A stretch of 64,000 nucleotides of DNA from IMGVR_UViG_3300045125_000071:1-64000, one strand, 5' to 3'; positions 1-12,825 are shown, counted from the first letter of the stretch. Translations and numbers: made by a program. Notes: a model not told the origin generated them from the sequence alone.

Positions 1-80
1 AACACTTCGTTCAATTCATAAGAATTTGGTGTTTAGCGTTTTCGCATTTATCGTGAAACGCTTTCGCGTTTTCGTGCGCC
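1..80 (+). other. Oxford Nanopore Rapid adapter (MuA transposome end); technical artefact
   Basis: 38-80 GTTTTCGCATTTATCGTGAAACGCTTTCGCGTTTTCGTGCGCC matches the recalled ONT rapid adapter apart from one T; 1-37 resembles the noisy leader (CTTCGTTCA...TTGGTGTTTA). GC-rich against AT-rich flanks. Confidence 0.93.
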
Positions 81-100
81 CATAAATGGGGCCATCGAAC

Positions 101-130
101 CCTTACTATTCCATAACTGCCAACACTCAT
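101..130 (-). CDS. 5' stub of a virion/baseplate-region gene, truncated by the read start
   Basis: ATG at 130 (MSVGSYGIVR), preceded by TATTTAT at 161-167; runs into adapter sequence. Confidence 0.45.
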
Positions 131-160
131 TTATTTTGTTTTTAATTGTTTAACTTATTA

Positions 161-167
161 ATAAATA
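161..167 (-). promoter_or_regulatory. TATTTAT late-promoter candidate
   Basis: 30 nt upstream of ATG at 130. Confidence 0.5.
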
Positions 168-172
168 TAATT

Positions 173-1297
173 TTATTGTTTTTTTATTTCAAAATATTCA
201 TTTTGATACACAGATAATTCTCCAATACTTTCAATATCACCCAATCTAAAAATTTTCTCCATGACACTTTGTTTTCCCCGTTGGACAAAAATGTCCGAAT
301 ATATTGTTGGTTCATCAACAAACCCAAGAAAATGCTCATTTCTTGTTATTATTTGATTAAAAACATCCTCTTTGTATATCCAGTTGTTGTACCAGTAATC
401 ATAGTATAACCATCTGAATAATCTTTATAGTATAAACCATTTATTGTATATGCGCTATAGTTACCTACGGAATCTGTGCCAGTTGTTATGCCAGAATAGG
501 TATTTGAACCATATAATTTAAGTGACGATATTTGACTTTTCCCTATTGCTAAATATGTGAAACCATTCAAAGTGTATCCTGTATTATTGGTATAATCTAA
601 ATCATTTAAATAATTTTGTGTTTGACCTGTTAAATTTGAATACGCTGGTATCGTAATCCCAGTAAAAGTTCCCAATTCATTTTCAACTTCCAAATTACCA
701 GGTACTTGTATTTTTTGATAATTTTTCATTAGACCATGGCGATTGTAAGGAAATTGTTATTGTATATCCAGAATTTACTAAGTATGTATGTGAAACACTT
801 GGTAAATTCGTATTTGATTTGCCGCTGTTTACATCAATTTGGGATGTATGTCCATCACCCCAATTTACAGTATATGTTTGTTGAACAATTAACCTTAATT
901 TATCTGGATTTACTGTGTTATAGACAGTAACAGTATTATTAGATTGTTTGTATGTAAAATTTACTATTTGTTCAATTTGCTCGATATTACCGTCAAAACC
1001 AACCATTACACCAAATTCATCTGTATGTGATTCTAAGTACACAGGTATGTTGTAACTGAAATAAGTATCTTCTTTATCTATATTAACCCATTTGGTACCA
1101 TTCCAATTATAGTAACCTTCAGACAATGTTCCACCAGTGTTATAATATACATCATTAATATTTGGACCATAATAGATGCTACCTGACCACGCAAATAATT
1201 GATTATTTGAATCATACCAATTCTGGCTAGTTTCAGATACTAATATTGTTTTTGGTATGTTGTTTATCAGTATTTTATAATCATTTTTATTTAACAT
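173..1297 (-). CDS. virion structural protein with PKD/Ig-like domain (ORFs 695-1297, 349-729 and a C-terminal piece joined across indels)
   Basis: YTVNWGDG...SHTY PKD-type motif; reading continues across frame changes to EIKKQ* at 173. Confidence 0.6.
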
Positions 1298-2101
1298 GTT
1301 GCACCTCCTTTCTCATAGAATTTTATAGGATTCTGTCTTGTTCCCGCTCTCACACCTTTTTCACCATCGTATTCGTATATTTTATAAGAATAGTTTGCCA
1401 TGTCAATATCCATTTGATAATAAATGTCATCAGATTCTGAAATTTCTGTAGTTGGGGAAAGACATTTATTAGTAAAATCTAACACATCACCATTTTTAGC
1501 GTTAAAATATTTTGCGGTTACCCAAAAAGTGTTTCCAGTATATAGCGTTTCATCATATGGTGTTGTATCTTGGAACCAATAGATATACATATTTTCTTTA
1601 TTCCTATAATTATTTCCAGTAAAAACTGGTACAAAGACATAATCATTTAAATTATTTTTTGTTGTATAAAACTTTTCTCCTGAGGTAAAAACTAGATTTT
1701 TAGCAAATACTAATTTTCTATTTGCTCTTTCTGGAGATTCGTTATTTGGAGTTTTATAAAATTCTAGTCGAAAAAAACTTTTTGTTGCTTGTGATAATAA
1801 AGATTTATTTTCAGAATTTGATAACTCTGTTGCTTCATAATTTTGAACATATGTGTTATTATTTATAAAGTAAAAATAAAACCATATATCAGTTTGTAAT
1901 AAATTAATATCACTAGTTATACCAGAATATGCTTCATGTATATATCTAACAGTTTCATAATTTTCTGGGTCATTAGTTACGACCTCTAACATATCGTTTT
2001 CATATTCAGAAAAAACTTTCAGACCAACCCAAATTGTTTTGGAATGGTTGTGTGTTAGTAAAAACAATATTATTATTTTCTGTTATTCTTAATGTTTTCA
2101 T
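1291..2101 (-). CDS. hypothetical virion protein of the baseplate cluster
   Basis: ORF 1291-2067 plus frameshifted start MKTLRITENNNIVF at 2101. Confidence 0.6.
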
Positions 2102-2102
2102 A

Positions 2103-3868
2103 TTAACAATCAATAATTCTTGTTAAGAATTCTTTAAACCATCTGATTTATTTGTGTAATTTTTTTCATTACGTAAATAAAAATTTATACTTTTTCTACA
2201 TAATGTATATCGTTTGCAAATGGAAAATCTGTACCATATCCATCAGTATCTACATATCCATGGTCATATAAATCTCTCCATTTCCATAAACCTTCTTGTT
2301 CGAAATATTTTGTGTTTTCTGGTAAATTCAAAACATCATTTGTTTTTGAACTTTCAATATATGGTGATAATTGTCTAATTTTAATAGAATAATGTGGTTG
2401 ATAATATAAACCATATAAATTTGTCGATGATGCTCCAGAATAATTTGCTGGGTCATCTTGACCATGATAAAATATAGATGTTGGTATTGTTAATTTGTGA
2501 TATGCTTCACTAATAACACGCTCTTTCATTTCAGATGCATTGTATTCAACAAACGCACCAGTTAATATTGTTCCTTTTTCAAGTGTTGTTCCACTTTTAA
2601 ATGAATATGTTGTGGTGTTTTGTGTTTTAGTAAATGTTGAATATGATAACGTATTTTCATTAGATTTTGGTCCATCAAAATGATTATCAATCCAGGTATC
2701 ATGAAAATTAAATTTCCAGCCGACTTTTAATGGATAATCAAAATACCCATTACCATTTTTAAATATAATTGATGATATATATCTCTGTTGGTGTATATCC
2801 TAAATTATTTGTAATTCCAGATAAAATAAAATGGTGTTTTAAAATCATATATTAAACTTTCCATTTTATTTTTTTCAACTAAAACATTATTTTCACCTGA
2901 GTAATTTTCATATAATAATTTTTTTCATCTCTCCATATTGGAGATTCAAATCCCACTTTATCTAATAGATAATCATTTGCATCTGTAATTGTTTTATGTT
3001 TATGTACATAATATTGTGATGTTGTTCCGCTAATATCTCTAACATTTAAACATCTTTTACCAAGATAAACATAATTATCTGTTAGAGTTAAGCCGCTTTT
3101 CATTTGTTTTTTTGAAATTTTTACAACATAGTTTTCTGAATCATATGTGTTATTCCCAATTGAATTAATGTAAAACGTTTTATCTTTTATATCTAATGTA
3201 TTGTTAAATGTTCTTCCGCTAATAACAATATATTCACCAGAATTCATACCATGTTTAACTGGTGATGTTAAAATATAATAATCATCATCAGAAGTTATCC
3301 TAAACGGTATTCCATCTCCAGAATTAAAACTATATACAGTGTTACCAGAATAAGTGTATATTTCATCAAATTTTGTATCACCAAAAAACGTATGATAAAT
3401 AAATGTTCCAGTTCTGATATGGTGCTTGTATATCAGTAATAGTTGTGTGGCCTGTATATTGTGTTGTTAATTGTATATTTTTGACTAAAATTTGAAATTG
3501 AAAATCCGCTTTGTGGTATATTTATTTCTCTTAATATATCATTTCTTAAAAACGCAAATTCATTATATGGTAAATAACCTTCATAATTATTTCCTATTGT
3601 ATCATTTTTAAATACAGATTATTTTTTAAATAAACATAATCAGTATTACCAGGAATAATCATTATCAAAATCATTTTTATTTTACCAAATATTTTATATT
3701 TAATACTTTTATTCTTTTCTTTTTGATATAAATCAGCAACATCTAATACAATATTCCTATCATTTTCTCTAATATTGTTTCATTATTATATAATTCTAAT
3801 AATGTTTTGATTTCTTCTAGGCGCATTAAAATATTTTTTACTTGGTAAAATAATTTTTTGTTTTTCAT
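2103..3868 (-). CDS. hypothetical virion protein (~590 aa, frameshifted)
   Basis: Fragments 2879-3247 and 2185-2529 join through intervening open frames; start near 3868, end IIDC* at 2103. Confidence 0.55.
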
Positions 3869-3869
3869 T

Positions 3870-6800
3870 AGACACATTTATAAAGCGTTTCTTGAGGCCA
3901 AAATATTTTATTAATAAGTCAAAAGCGGTTTTGTTAGGTGTTATACCAATGTAAAATAAAAATGGTGTGGATAACACTTGCTTTGAGCCGCTATAGTTTT
4001 TTTCAGTTTGAAATAGAAACATTTCATATTTGCTCATTAACAAATCCTTGAGATTGTTTAACCCAGGTTTTGTTTACTACAACATATATATCACCAGTTA
4101 TTGGTTTGCTTTCTATAATCAATACCAACATATGTTTTAACATGTAACCACAAATCACCATCAATAAATGACAATGCACCATTTACAGATGTATCAGGTG
4201 ATTGATTACTAATAACTTCATATCTTTCTAAAGTTCCAACTTGATAATTTCCTTCTAAATTGTAAGTTGGGTGTGTTATGGTCATAGGTTTTGGTAAGTA
4301 TTCTTCCTCAGCGTCAGCCATTAAATAATTTGTTGTGGTTGAATTATGTGATGAAACTGAAAATATTCCTTGTAATTTCATAGTCGCAATATTTTGCCTG
4401 TCCCATTTTTGTATGTCAGATAGATTTCCATAATTACCAAAATAGCCTTCATTACCTTTATCCATAAATAAAAGTACTTTTGTGAAAAATCGCCAAGTCT
4501 ATAATTTGAACAACCTCTAATAAAACTGCCATTTCATCAAAATTTAAAATCTATTGGTAATGGACTATATAAATTACTGTTTTTAAAATATGTTGCGTAA
4601 TAAGGGTCATCTATGGGTCCAAAAATCCATTATTAAACATAAAGTAATGCATGGACTCTCTAAATCAAAAGCTTCGATTCAGCTTCACAATTAAATAGAC
4701 ATGAGTTGATAATATGTCGCCATCCAAACCTTGTATGTTTGGTCCATAATCGTCCTGCCACTAAAAAAATCACCAATATCTACTTTACCGTTATATATAA
4801 TCAAGCTTATAATTTAAACGCATATTCAATAATATTGCTCAGGTCTTGATATGATGTCTGAGATATATCTCTGGCTACAGAACAATTTGGGTCTACTGTT
4901 GGGTCTGTACAAATTTCATTAAAGAAAATATCTCCTGTCACCTAAATGCATAAATGTTGTTGGATCTTAATATTTGTCTTTAGATAAACATTATTAATTT
5001 TAAAGAAACTTTGACCAATAAATTACCCCACTTTTGTTTTCATATTTAATATGTGTACTCTATAATAGAAATTTTCATCCAATATGTTAAAAATATAATT
5101 CTCTTATAATTTGAAACCTTGGTTTAAATCATAATTTTGTAAATCATCCCATTTAATTCTTTATCAATTTAAAAAATACAAGACACCATTAAGCCAGGTA
5201 TCACCAAATGAATATTTACGATACACCACAAAAATGATAACATAACTCTTTTTCTTCTATACACACACATTCTTTAATGACGTCCATATTTTTTTACGTG
5301 TATAATTTTTAGTATAATTGTAAAAACACCATCTCTAAATTCAGATAATCCAGATTTTGTTCTCTATCATATGTTGCGTTTGGTATTTTTGTTATATGAT
5401 TTTTTATATGGTAATCATACTATTATTGGCACCAATTAGCATTGTTGAGATTAAAATTTTATTAAATGGTTTCGTTAAAGATTCTTCATAACCTCCAGTA
5501 TATGTAGGTGGGTTTAGCGGGTCTGTTGGGCTTCCGTAATCAGATGTTGTGTTCCCCATAAATATGTTTTTATTATTGACTCATCAAATACTGAATCCAT
5601 ATTTAGAACAACCTTAATTCAATTTCTATTCCATTATTTGACGTTGATGTTGGCGTATCAACTAAAACATGCCTATAAAGTTATGTATAAGTGTTTTCAT
5701 CATCAATAGATTGCAATTACTATAATCAATTCAGTGAGTCTAAACCATTTATCATAAGAAAATTCAATATATTTTCCTGGACTAAACCAGCATCGGTCAT
5801 TTTCAGACGTAATCAACATTAAATTTAATATCGGTATCATTAATGTTAATATCGTTGAAAAAACCAACAAAATTATTAGTAATACTATTCAAATCCGATG
5901 ATGAATATACTTCAAGCATAATATTTTGAAGTGTTATTATCATTTGGTATGTTTACAGAATATGTATGTAAATTATTCAACTCAGAATAAACCATAACTG
6001 GAATATCTTCACATTCTGAGTTATTTGACTTAGAAGATTCATTTGGAAAAAGACATTATTAGAAGTTGTCCCAATATCCGAATCGCTACTAAAATTAGTA
6101 ATACTATTCGAATCTTTAATATATAATAAAACAACATTTTCACTATTAATTGTAAAATTGTCAACTTTTTTAATTTTACTTCAGCAACTCTACAGTATGT
6201 GTTAGTATAATTTATATTTTGTAGCTATAGCATCAACATCTTGGGAACACTCTTCACAATCTGGATAAATTATTAACGGTAATGTTTTTGTAAAATTTGA
6301 TTGTATTTTATATGATGCATCTAATAATTTTTTCAGAAAATCTTTTGAATAATTCTTTTTCCAATAAAAATGTATCGGCAAAAAGTCTATGTAAATCATA
6401 AAGTATTGAGCCAAGAATCTCACCAACTTTTACTGATACTGTTGTGAATATGTATTGAAAAGTGAGTACAATGTTCAGATCAAAATTATTGAAAAAATTT
6501 CTTATATTATTAAAAGCAAAATTTGTTGGAAAGAATTTACTTTTGATGTGCAATCACTTCCTCATCTTTTGGTCTTATTTGTTTTACACCCAAAACGCAT
6601 CTTTGGATTCTCTCCTTAAAAATGAATTTATAGCAATTGCACCAGGTGTAAATGATGGTAATTGAGGTGCCGATTGATAATGTGTTCCTTGAAATGAAGA
6701 AACGGTATAGACTTTTCCATATACGAATTTATAGAAATAGTCTTCTGGTACACCATTATTAAAAGTACCAAGCATTAAATCTTTTTATGGTTTTTAACTG

Positions 6801-8119
6801 CTTGAGAATAATTTGTTGTGTTGAACGTAACAGACGATAGCGGCGGTAAGACATTTATATAATCCTCAAAAACATCTGAGAACTGATATGTTGCAAAGCA
6901 TACCCATACTATACTCATATCTGGTATTCAATCCTGTGACAGTATCTGGATTAAATTCTCTAATATTTGGTACTAGATACTTTGCTGTTGTTTTTTCTAT
7001 CTTCAAAAAGTAAACTAAATCTAAATCTTGCAGTGGTTGTTGTTGGTACTCCTTTAGATGAATCGTTAGTTATTTCTTGCTCCCCAAATTCGTTTGTGTA
7101 AACATAATCCATGTTCATGGGTAATGGTGCCATAGCAACACCATCCTCATCTATAACATCAGTGATGGTTAAATATTCTAATTCAGGGTAAACCGACTTA
7201 CCATCAGAACCTGTTACTTTTTTTCCAGTGTATCTGACACATTCAATGGTTCCTGGTGCAGTTTGTAAATTACATTTATAACCAGACCTTGGCCTAATTC
7301 TACCATTTCTTTTATAGCATCACTGTTATCATCTGTAAAAGATGAAACTAAAATTAATGATACTGGTTCAATTTCAATTCCAACAGTAGTTAAATCAAAA
7401 TCTGTTCTAGTGATACCAATTTCACATAGATTTTGATTACTCCAAAATGGATAAACATCTATTGTTTTGAAATTTACAATTTGTGGTAACCCGTCAATAT
7501 CGCTACTTGGATTTAAAATTATGAAAACCTATCGAAATTTTCTTCATTAATCCCTTTTTATAAAATCATATGGTCGTAATTGAAAACAACCTAGTACGGA
7601 TAAATCAATATCAATATGTATAGTCTGAGAACCAACAGGAACTCCCATATCATAAAATCGCCAGCATCATTTGTTTTTACAGTATAATTGTAATATTTTT
7701 CATATACTTCTAAAACCTCTTCCCTGGTTAAAATATCTTTCTTGGCTTGAGGAATGTTCCAGTTGGTGTGTGGACCACCATGTTGTTTTTCTGATGGTAA
7801 TAAATTATACCGATACCCATTTTCATTTTTATCTGAAATTTGTAGTGTAGGGATATGACGCATTTATTACTGGGTCGTCAGAATCATTGGCATCTTGCTC
7901 TATAAAAATTGAAACTTTGGCATTTGGTATACCAAGACCATTATTTGCGCTTATGCGACCTACAACCACGCCATAATCAGGAACACAATGACGAATAGAT
8001 GTCTTTTTGTGTAAAATTTCAAAGACAAGATTTCTAATAAATCATAGTCTTGTTTAAGTTCTACCAAAATCTTTTGGTCTCTACCAATACTTAGTTGAAA
8101 TTCTATGTTTTTGTATCAT
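3870..8119 (-). CDS. very large baseplate-associated structural protein (~1400 aa, many indels)
   Basis: Start MIQKHRI at 8119 after TATTTAT; fragments 7591-7863, 6584-6775, 6202-6426, 4091-4465 and 3786-4043 are collinear; follows the gp6-like wedge gene. Confidence 0.5.
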
Positions 8120-8126
8120 TACTATA

Positions 8127-8133
8127 ATAAATA
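8127..8133 (-). promoter_or_regulatory. TATTTAT late-promoter candidate
   Basis: 7 nt upstream of ATG at 8119. Confidence 0.6.
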
Positions 8134-8174
8134 GAAAAAATGAAATTTTCTTATTATTATAATTAAAAAAGATG

Positions 8175-10007
8175 TTAAAATGAAGTCGTACCTAATGTTT
8201 TAACCCTAATTTTAATATCTTTATTTGGAAATCTTATTTGATAAATTTGATTAGACTTCATATATATTGTCATATCAGATTGTTGAACTTCTTTTGTTAT
8301 GTTATCTTTATATGCTTGGGCAACTTCTGAACTAGAATATTCCCCGCCAATAAGATTAAAAACCCTAACATCAACAACGTTCACAATTCCATTTATATTA
8401 CCAAGAATCCTATATAAATCACCAACAAACAATGGGTCACCCATTTTTCTTCTATTAATTGAAAAATATTCCGTGACATCATCTATAGTTGTTCTCAACA
8501 CTTCTGTTTGGTTTATATTTTTATCGACAACTAAATCTATTTCTAATTTAAAATCTATGACTTCTCCGCTTTCAATATCTAAATAATCATTTAGCATTCT
8601 ATATTGTGACAAATATTTTATTATATTATTTTTTAAAGTATTTGAAACAACATTTGTAAGATTACCTCTCTCATCATAAGATAATATTTTAATTCTAACT
8701 TTATTATCTTCCTCGGTAACATTAACCTTTGCTGGTGCACCAAAAACAGATGGCATATTTTCTATCATTGATTTATAGTCATTTAAGGTAACCGCCCGAT
8801 TTTGTGCTGCAAAATTGTATGCGACCATATTTCTAATTTCTTCTATAGATGGTTGGTCAGCGCCACCTATTGCTGGTGTTACATTTGTAACTCTTAATGA
8901 TTGTTCAACTTGGGTATTAATTGTTGAGTTTGGACCAAGAATAATAAAATCAATATTATCAACACTAGTTATAACATTTACACCCAAATTAGAATCTTGT
9001 CCTCCACCAATTCTATATTTTACAAATAGCGTAGTATTAGATTTTGGTGTCATTCCAAGTGACATATTATTTAGATAACTTGATAACGAAACCTTTAAAT
9101 TATTTGTCATAAAATTGTCCAAATTGTCCATAGGGTCAACAACGCCAGAACCAAAAGTTAATGAGAAAAATCCTTCTGGTGTATATTCCGTTATAAATTT
9201 ATTTGATATTTTCAAATAAACACCAGCAGTATAGTTATCCCTATCTGATACTGATGTTGGGTCTGGAATAAAAACACTATCCTCAACTAAAGATTTAACT
9301 TCATACCATCTATTTGTTACAGATTCAAATTCAGAAGGTAAAGGGTTTGCACCAAAATTTGTGCCTTCTTTATGGATTACTGAGGTAACACCTAATACAT
9401 TTTGTTCAGGTAAAAATAATTTTAAAAATGGTTTTTGGTCTGACTGATTTATAACCCTTCTATAAATTCTTGTTACACCATTTACAACAGCATCTCTTTT
9501 AACAATTGTATATGAAATGAGTCTATTGTTAGCATCAAAATTTGGTATTTTTAATCTGTTTGGTTCTCCTTTACTATTAAAGGGATTTGAAAAATCAATA
9601 TCTTCAATTGTTTCAAATATTTGTCCTCCACCAGATACTTGTGCACCACTTTTTAAAACACCCAAGTATCTTTCATCTTCTTTATCACCCCTGACAGGTA
9701 CGTTAACAGAAAAATCACATAACGCTACTGATGGCCTATTTCCAGGTATCTCTTAATCCATATGTTTTTGCAATATGAAATAAAGATTGGCGTTGTTGTG
9801 CAAAATCTAAAATAGTTTCTTGCCAAACTCTGTCTATATGAAAGTGCATATTATCCGCAACAGCAGCATTCATATCTAATAAAACAGAAAAATAGACGCG
9901 TCATTAGTATTGGTTGCTAAATCTGGATAATATTGTTTTGTTAAATTAACAAGTTCTTCCCTTAACCCAGCGAAATCCCTTGTTGCGTAAGATATCTTTT
10001 TACTCAT
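8175..10007 (-). CDS. baseplate wedge subunit (T4 gp6 / baseplate J-like)
   Basis: N-terminus MSKKISYATRDFAGLREEL; motifs YRIGGG, GGAD.PSIEEIR, QNRAVTLNDY; adjacent to gp25-like gene. Confidence 0.85.
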
Positions 10008-10008
10008 T

Positions 10009-10461
10009 TTATATGTTTATAATTATGAAATCAGAGGTTGAAAATGCTCCGTTATTGACAGTATAATCTATTTTAACCTTAGCTGTATATGGTTTTGTAG
10101 AGTAATTTGAAACTCTAAATAATCTTTCGTCTTCAAGCTCATTTACACTCATAACGTCGCTTGGGTCATCTTCTGCTGATGTAACAGTTATAGAATTAAT
10201 ATCGAGATTTGGAATGTATTTTTTTACACTTTCTCTAATCTCTTCTTCAATTAATCCCCACGTCACAAAATCATTTTGGTCAAAAATAAATTCATATATT
10301 CTTGTTCCAAAATCTGGTAAATAATAACGAGAACCTCTTCTTGTTAATATCAAATGTATTAAATTAGCCCTAACTTCTCTTTCGGGAATTTCGGTCATAC
10401 TTAAAAAATCACCTTTTTGACTGTCCCTAAAAGGAAAATCTATACCATATTTAACTGCCAT
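10009..10461 (-). CDS. baseplate wedge / sheath-initiator protein (T4 gp25 / GPW family)
   Basis: GIDFPF...NLIHLILTRRGSRYYLPDFGT.IYEFIFD; intact 150-aa ORF. Confidence 0.9.
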   Translation of the reverse strand: MAVKYGIDFPFRDSQKGDFLSMTEIPEREVRANLIHLILTRRGSRYYLPDFGTRIYEFIFDQNDFVTWGLIEEEIRESVKKYIPNLDINSITVTSAEDDPSDVMSVNELEDERLFRVSNYSTKPYTAKVKIDYTVNNGAFSTSDFIIINI

Positions 10462-10465
10462 ATCA

Positions 10466-10472
10466 ATAAATA
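10466..10472 (-). promoter_or_regulatory. TATTTAT late-promoter candidate
   Basis: 4 nt upstream of gp25-like ATG at 10461. Confidence 0.65.
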
Positions 10473-10500
10473 TAATGATTGATGAAATGTATATAAATAA

Positions 10501-10529
10501 GAAAACCCAGATTATTGGTCTGAGTTTTC
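10501..10529 (-). terminator. intrinsic terminator closing the accessory island
   Basis: GAAAACUCAGA-7 nt loop-UCUGGGUUUUC, 11-bp stem followed by UUAUUU. Confidence 0.6.
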
Positions 10530-10694
10530 TTTTATTTTAGTATTACCCCTTTCTCCCTTTGGTTCATATGGACAATGTCTACATCCGTCTTTCTTTGAAC
10601 CACAACAATATCCTCTTTCGATGTGGTATTTTTCGGTGAATACCACTCTATCACCATCTAAATAATAATGAACTTCTTTTATAAATTCTTTCAT
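10512..10694 (-). CDS. small Cys-rich protein, DUF5522-like
   Basis: YYLDGDRVVFTEKYHIERGYCCG....CRHCPY. Confidence 0.7.
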   Translation of the reverse strand: MKEFIKEVHYYLDGDRVVFTEKYHIERGYCCGSKKDGCRHCPYEPKGERGNTKIKENSDQ

Positions 10695-10705
10695 GGTATT
10701 ATTTT

Positions 10706-11535
10706 TTATAAACTAATAATAGATTGAAGATACTTTTTATATTCTCCCAATCCATTTTCTAAATTATATTTTGGTTCCCACCCATCCATCCATAAAATTT
10801 TATTTGAACATGTGTAGAACTGGTATCCAAATGGTATTTTATTTTCTTCATGATATGTAAATGGAATATCCATAATATCCAATATATCTTCGAATGTTCT
10901 TGATTCACCATAACCAACATCATAAAATTTTCCTTTAAGTTTTACATAATTGTCTTCAGCATATAAATTAGCATTTACAACATCTTTAACATATATAAAA
11001 TCTCTTTTAGGTTTTAATGGGAATAATTTACATTCTTCATGTTTTCTATGTTTAATAAACGACTGATATGCGACAGATGACATCCGTCCTTTATGTTCTT
11101 CCCCTGGACCATACACATTAAAATATCTAAGTGCAATACCATTGTTTGATATTACATATTTCTCTGCAACGTATTTGCTCCACCCATAAAGATTAGATGG
11201 ATATTTCCCATTATCACCATAATTCGCTGCCGATGATGAATAAATCATTTTTGTGTTAGTCTTTACACAATAATCAGTTAAAATCTTTGTGAATTCAAAA
11301 TTTAACTTCATCATGTAATTAACATCTGTCTCTAATGTATCAGAACATGCCCCAACATGAAAAATAACTTTTGGGTTGTTCTTTTTAAGAATACCTAAAG
11401 GTTTTCATCCCAATCAGAATCATCAAATATATCTTCGTTTATTTCAATAACAAAATATGAAGACATTCTTCTAATTGTGTTAGCTAAATTTTTTCCTATG
11501 AACCCTTTTGCCCCTGTTACTATAACATTTACCAT
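10706..11535 (-). CDS. hldD: ADP-L-glycero-D-manno-heptose 6-epimerase-like extended SDR (one indel region)
   Basis: VTGAKGFIG Rossmann motif at 11535 start; YSSSAANYG, YGWSK (YxxxK), LRYFNVYGPGEEHKGRMSSV, RDFIYVKDV. Confidence 0.85.
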
Positions 11536-12268
11536 GGTGTTACTACTCCTCTTTTTGATACTACTATTGATGACATTTCATTTTGCAACTACAATAGAGT
11601 CTAAAATGTTTTTGTTTGATGATATTTTAAAATAAACGATGCTGTAAATGTATCTCCAGCACCACTAACATCTATAGTTTCCTTTGGTGATGGTGATGGG
11701 AATATATCATTTTTGTATTTGACACCTTTAGACCCTAATGTGATTAAAATATTATCAAAATTTTTAAACCTTGATTATTTTTCGCTTCGTTTTCATTTAA
11801 CTTAACAAATGTGAATTTACTTATTGTTTCATCATCAAGTATTTTTTTTGAATCAAGTATAGATAACTTAGAAAGATTACCGATAATATTTAATGATTTA
11901 ATATTTAAAAACCCTTTATCATAATCACTTACAATTACAATGTCGTATTTTGGTATTTTTTCTAATAATTCGTTAGTTAGATTTATACCAGATATATTTT
12001 CCTCACCTTCATCTAATCTTAAAAACATATGATTACTTTTTTTATCAACGTATCTTGTCTTTGTAATTTTTTCATTTTGAAAAATTTGATTGATATTCAA
12101 TGATTTATCAAGTGATTTAAGATTGTTTAAAACATTACCTGACATTCCTTTATTTCTTATAATTTCTATTGGATTTAAAACAGGTACAGGTGCTTCTGGT
12201 GATAATCTTTTACAATCCCCATAAATAAAAACATCATCACAAACCTCACCTATTATTAATATTTTCAT
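11529..12268 (-). CDS. hldE: D-glycero-D-manno-heptose-7-phosphate kinase (stand-alone HldE/RfaE PfkB domain)
   Basis: RLSPEAPVPV, SDYDKG, KLNENEA and (after a frameshift) DVSGAGDT; stop overlaps the hldD start. Confidence 0.85.
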
Positions 12269-12330
12269 TTAAAAAAAATATCAATTTTTTTGCATATTCG
12301 AAAGCGTAAATATTTTTTGTAATTTATGAT

Positions 12331-12825
12331 TTAATTCTTAATATTGTCGATTGAAATTATATATTTTGATATGTTATCAATACCGTCATCTATATTTTTA
12401 AAATAAATCCTTTCTTCTTGCTCATCATAATCCGCCAGTTTGATTAAAAAATCTCTCACAACATTTTCTGGTTCATTTTCTAACCAATCGTATTCCCAAC
12501 TATTTTCATAATTCCACCCTGGCATGTAGGCAAATGGTTTAATTTTATATTTATTAGATAATTTATCCCCATCTAATGTAATTCTATAATCAGTTTTAAC
12601 TTGCCAAGTCGTATTCCTTTTATGAAAATTTTTATTTCTTGTAAAAGAAATATAGTTTAGTTGATGTCCTCTATAAAATTCTTCTGAAGTATTTAATTTA
12701 TTTGTTTTTAAAATGTTTTCTAAACCAGTTTTAGAAGTATAATGGTACAATAATCCGACTTGCTTTGATTCATTCAAAACAATAATCATGGATTTAATTC
12801 TTGATATTTGTTCTTGTAAATTCAT
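12331..12825 (-). CDS. putative ADP-ribosyltransferase-fold protein with an N-terminal pro-peptide
   Basis: MNLQEQISRIKSMIIVLNE leader, then LYHYTS, YISFTR and DEQEERI, in the order expected for ART catalytic motifs. Confidence 0.45.
   Translation of the reverse strand: MNLQEQISRIKSMIIVLNESKQVGLLYHYTSKTGLENILKTNKLNTSEEFYRGHQLNYISFTRNKNFHKRNTTWQVKTDYRITLDGDKLSNKYKIKPFAYMPGWNYENSWEYDWLENEPENVVRDFLIKLADYDEQEERIYFKNIDDGIDNISKYIISIDNIKN

Noticed and set aside
38-80. Mu-like transposon end (MuA binding sites)
   Set aside because: Matches the ONT rapid-adapter sequence and sits at the read start; technical, not a mobile element of this genome.
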